48,488 nucleotides of DNA from a virus (Duplodnaviria; Caudoviricetes): the IMG/VR virus record IMGVR_UViG_3300044477_000165, positions 1 through 48,488 of that record; one strand, 5' to 3'. The position numbers were made by a program, and so were the translations under genes. Of the stretch, positions 45,955 to 48,488 are shown piece by piece. Under the pieces are notes generated by a model that saw nothing but the letters and a program-made list of their open reading frames with translations, searched no databases and was not told the origin of the DNA. Position 1 is the stretch's first letter. Each line of letters starts with the position of its first letter.

Positions 45955-48405
45955 TTAGATCAGCCGGCCCTGCCGGATAGCTTGCAGATAATTTCGGAAC
46001 GCGCTTCGGTCGTCGATGGGGGTAAACGTCTGAGCTTGCTCCTCGTCAACAATCGCGTTCGGCGCGCGGGGCTCCGGCACATCCAAAGCGTCGCGCATAA
46101 ATGCAGCATACGCGAACACACGCAAAGCGTCAAGCGTGTCCGGCGATCGGTGGATGATCTTGCGGTACCCGTTCGGGCCGTCCTTGCGCGTCGCCGAAAA
46201 CACTTCTAGTTCCCGTTCATTACGCACACGCCGAACGGGATACCACTTCGTGATCTGCATCTCCTGCTCGAGCTCGTGGTCCGTCGGGAACACGCCGCCG
46301 TGACGAAGCCACCGCGCTAAATGTACATGAGCTTCGTCACCCGTCAGGTCGTAATCGTAAAGCTTCGTCGCGACCTGACCAAAATACACGGGCACGATCT
46401 CGAACGGTTGCTTCTCGTGCTCAGGCACGCGTCGACTGTCTTGGTAGTCCGCTGCGCGCTTGATGATCGCCGCGCCGGGGCCATCCGCATCAATCGCGAA
46501 GATGACGCGTTCGCCGGGGTGCGAACGCAGACGACCGGCAATCTCGAGGAAGATCTCGAGGCAGTCATCGTCGTTCCAGCCGCGGCCTTTTTTGAACTCG
46601 ATCACTTTCTTCCCGCGCGTTGCGGCGAATACGTGTTTGTCCCCAGCGCCTTCGGGGCGCGCCGGATCAAGCGAAATGATCAGCGTGCCTTCCGCGGGCG
46701 TTTCCGCGTAAATCGAGGGCTCTTGCGCGCGTATGATATCCCCCATCTGATACGTAGACTGCTCGTCCTTCGTCGGATACAAGCCGCGCACGCGGACCAT
46801 ATAGAACGGACTGTCGACACCGCGCTCGTCTTGGTCGCGCACGCGCGCGATGTGCCCCGCATCCGCCAACCCCTCGATGCCTGTCTTGGCTGCTTCCTCC
46901 GACGAGATGTGGATCACGTTGAAGTTCCGCCGCACGCGGTCGACCATCACCGCGTCATACATTGGCCCGTCTTGCCCTATCGGGTTGCCGACGCCGAGGA
47001 ATCGCGAACCCTTCGAGCTCGTGTTTGAGATCCACCCATCATACAGCTCTTGTGACATACCGGAGAATTCGTCGATGATCACGAGTAAGTGCGCACCCGA
47101 ATATCCACCGACGCCCGTCGCCTCGCGTGCGGTCGCGCCGCGAATGAATCGCGATCCGTCGGGTGACGTGAGGCCGCCCAAGCTCGTCTCTTTCGGCGTG
47201 CCATCGATCACCTGCGAGTGTGGGCATGGTCGCGTCGTCACGCCTGCACGCTTGCAATCGAGGCAAATCCCCGACTCGCGCCACGCTTGCTTGATCTCGA
47301 ACCAATCTTGATCTTCGAGCTGCTTGCCTGTGAAGTTCGCGAGCATCACGTGGCCATCGGGGTAGCAGCAGTACCACCAGAGGCAGAGCCACGCGATCAA
47401 TCGGGTCTTGCCGATCTTGTGCCCCGTGTGTACGACCGTCCACTTGTGATCGCGCACGCTCTCGGCAATCACCGTCTGGCCCATCCTCGTGGGGACTTGC
47501 GTCTCCCAATGCGGCGCGATGATCTCCCAGGGGTCCCCGCCGCACACGCGACGGATGAACCCCACGGGGTCCTGCTGGTACTGGACACAAGGGAACACGA
47601 GGTCTCGTACGCGATCGATGGCGTCGGCGAGGTCCGCCGCGAGCGCGCCAGGTAACGCGCGCAATGCAGTGACGCAGCGCGCCCGCGTCGCAGCGTCACC
47701 CTTGAGCGCGGCAACGATCGAGATCTTGGAAAACTCCCACGCGCGCCCGCGCAACAACTTGTCCAGGGGGGCCTGCCGCGTCATCTTCGCGAGCGACCGC
47801 CGGAGGGACTGCCGCAGATGCGAATGGGCCAAAGCCAGCTTGCTTTGGTCGTCATCGACGATCTGTGCCTCGCGACGCGTCGAGCCCGCGATAATCTCCT
47901 CGATGTCGACACGCACGTCGTGGATGCGTTGCGCAGCGCCCTCCGTCGGCGGCGGGAGGAGCGTGTCCCCAAGGCCTGCACGCGGCGCGGTCTCGAGCAA
48001 CACGCGACGGACCTCCTGATACTCGGGGCGGAGCAAAAGCCAATCGGCCTCGGTCAACTCGGCGAAAGCCGCTTCGGCAACCGCGACCAAATCAATGGCG
48101 TCCTTGCGCTGCACATTTATCCAAGTGCGTTCGTCCTCGAGGTTCGTCGCGGGGGCGGCGGGTGCCACCGCGGGCGTGCTCATTTTCGGCGCGGCAGCTA
48201 TTTGTACACGCTTAGCCTGTGTGTCCGTGAGCGGATACACACTTAGCAACTTCTCGCGGAAGCCCTGCGACAGGGGTTTCTTGCCCGACTTGACTTGAGA
48301 GACCATCGGCTGCGAGACGCCGATCGCCCCCGCGACCGCGGGCTGTCCGTGTCGATCGATGAGCCCCCGCAGATGCTCCAGGATTACTGACTGGTCGGCT
48401 GGCAT
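45955..48405 (-). CDS. terL: Terminase large subunit with N-terminal HTH-containing extension
   Basis: TGHKIGKT (Walker A), IIDE (Walker B), GNP, SLDPA...GD and SPDTLDAL nuclease motifs. N-terminal GQPAVAGAIGVSQPMVSQVKSGK is an XRE-type HTH. Confidence 0.9.
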   Translation of the reverse strand: MPADQSVILEHLRGLIDRHGQPAVAGAIGVSQPMVSQVKSGKKPLSQGFREKLLSVYPLTDTQAKRVQIAAAPKMSTPAVAPAAPATNLEDERTWINVQRKDAIDLVAVAEAAFAELTEADWLLLRPEYQEVRRVLLETAPRAGLGDTLLPPPTEGAAQRIHDVRVDIEEIIAGSTRREAQIVDDDQSKLALAHSHLRQSLRRSLAKMTRQAPLDKLLRGRAWEFSKISIVAALKGDAATRARCVTALRALPGALAADLADAIDRVRDLVFPCVQYQQDPVGFIRRVCGGDPWEIIAPHWETQVPTRMGQTVIAESVRDHKWTVVHTGHKIGKTRLIAWLCLWWYCCYPDGHVMLANFTGKQLEDQDWFEIKQAWRESGICLDCKRAGVTTRPCPHSQVIDGTPKETSLGGLTSPDGSRFIRGATAREATGVGGYSGAHLLVIIDEFSGMSQELYDGWISNTSSKGSRFLGVGNPIGQDGPMYDAVMVDRVRRNFNVIHISSEEAAKTGIEGLADAGHIARVRDQDERGVDSPFYMVRVRGLYPTKDEQSTYQMGDIIRAQEPSIYAETPAEGTLIISLDPARPEGAGDKHVFAATRGKKVIEFKKGRGWNDDDCLEIFLEIAGRLRSHPGERVIFAIDADGPGAAIIKRAADYQDSRRVPEHEKQPFEIVPVYFGQVATKLYDYDLTGDEAHVHLARWLRHGGVFPTDHELEQEMQITKWYPVRRVRNERELEVFSATRKDGPNGYRKIIHRSPDTLDALRVFAYAAFMRDALDVPEPRAPNAIVDEEQAQTFTPIDDRSAFRNYLQAIRQGRLI

Positions 48406-48451
48406 ATAACCTGCCGAGATTATAGTGTGACCACCGGGCCGGGTATAACCG
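48405..48451 (-). promoter_or_regulatory. Putative late promoter for the terminase operon
   Basis: TATAAT on the minus strand at 48424-48419, flanked by two GGTTATA motifs (48411-48405 and 48450-48444). Confidence 0.55.
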
Positions 48452-48488
48452 CGGGGATTTTCTAGCGGTTCTCGCGCTCGCAGATGGG

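Larger units (their letters stand above)
1..48488. mobile_element. Tailed dsDNA bacteriophage genome (Caudoviricetes, contractile tail), probably complete or near complete
   Basis: Terminase, portal, protease, capsid, sheath, tube, tape measure, baseplate, lysis and replication modules are all present. No flanking host housekeeping genes. Both window ends fall in non-coding DNA upstream of divergently transcribed arms. Confidence 0.95.

Noticed and set aside
1-48488. tRNA genes, integrase/attP, terminal direct repeats
   Set aside because: No cloverleaf, recombinase motif or end-to-end sequence match was seen by eye. tRNAscan and read mapping would be needed to exclude them.

Overview
The window looks like an essentially complete (~48.5 kb) GC-rich tailed phage genome with a contractile (myovirus-type) tail. 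The left ~21 kb holds a 0.8 kb repeat-rich non-coding end, small early genes, a leftward SF2 helicase and primase-helicase, and a rightward operon. That operon encodes a sigma70-like factor, MazG-like protein, metallophosphoesterase, HExxH protease, Cas4-like nuclease, SNF2-like helicase, family A DNA polymerase, oligoribonuclease-like exonuclease, RuvC-like resolvase and a DNA methyltransferase. The right ~27 kb is a single leftward late region: terminase, glycosyltransferase, Mu-like portal, protease, capsid and neck, then sheath, tube, chaperone, tape measure, baseplate, tailspike and lysis genes. I found no integrase, transposase, tRNA or CRISPR array. The most unusual signals are: (1) a two-domain glycosyltransferase between terminase and portal whose 3' end carries an exact, in-frame 264-bp copy of the portal gene flanked by a 20-bp direct repeat; (2) a terminase with a ~270-aa N-terminal HTH extension (possible TerS-TerL fusion), with TATAACC motifs at the terminase start, portal start and genome ends; (3) a 60-bp near-perfect palindrome and iteron-like repeats at the left end; (4) a module-swap scar beside the tail-fibre genes; (5) a clear -1 frameshift site in the tail chaperone. 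All functional calls come from motif reading by eye; no database searches were run.
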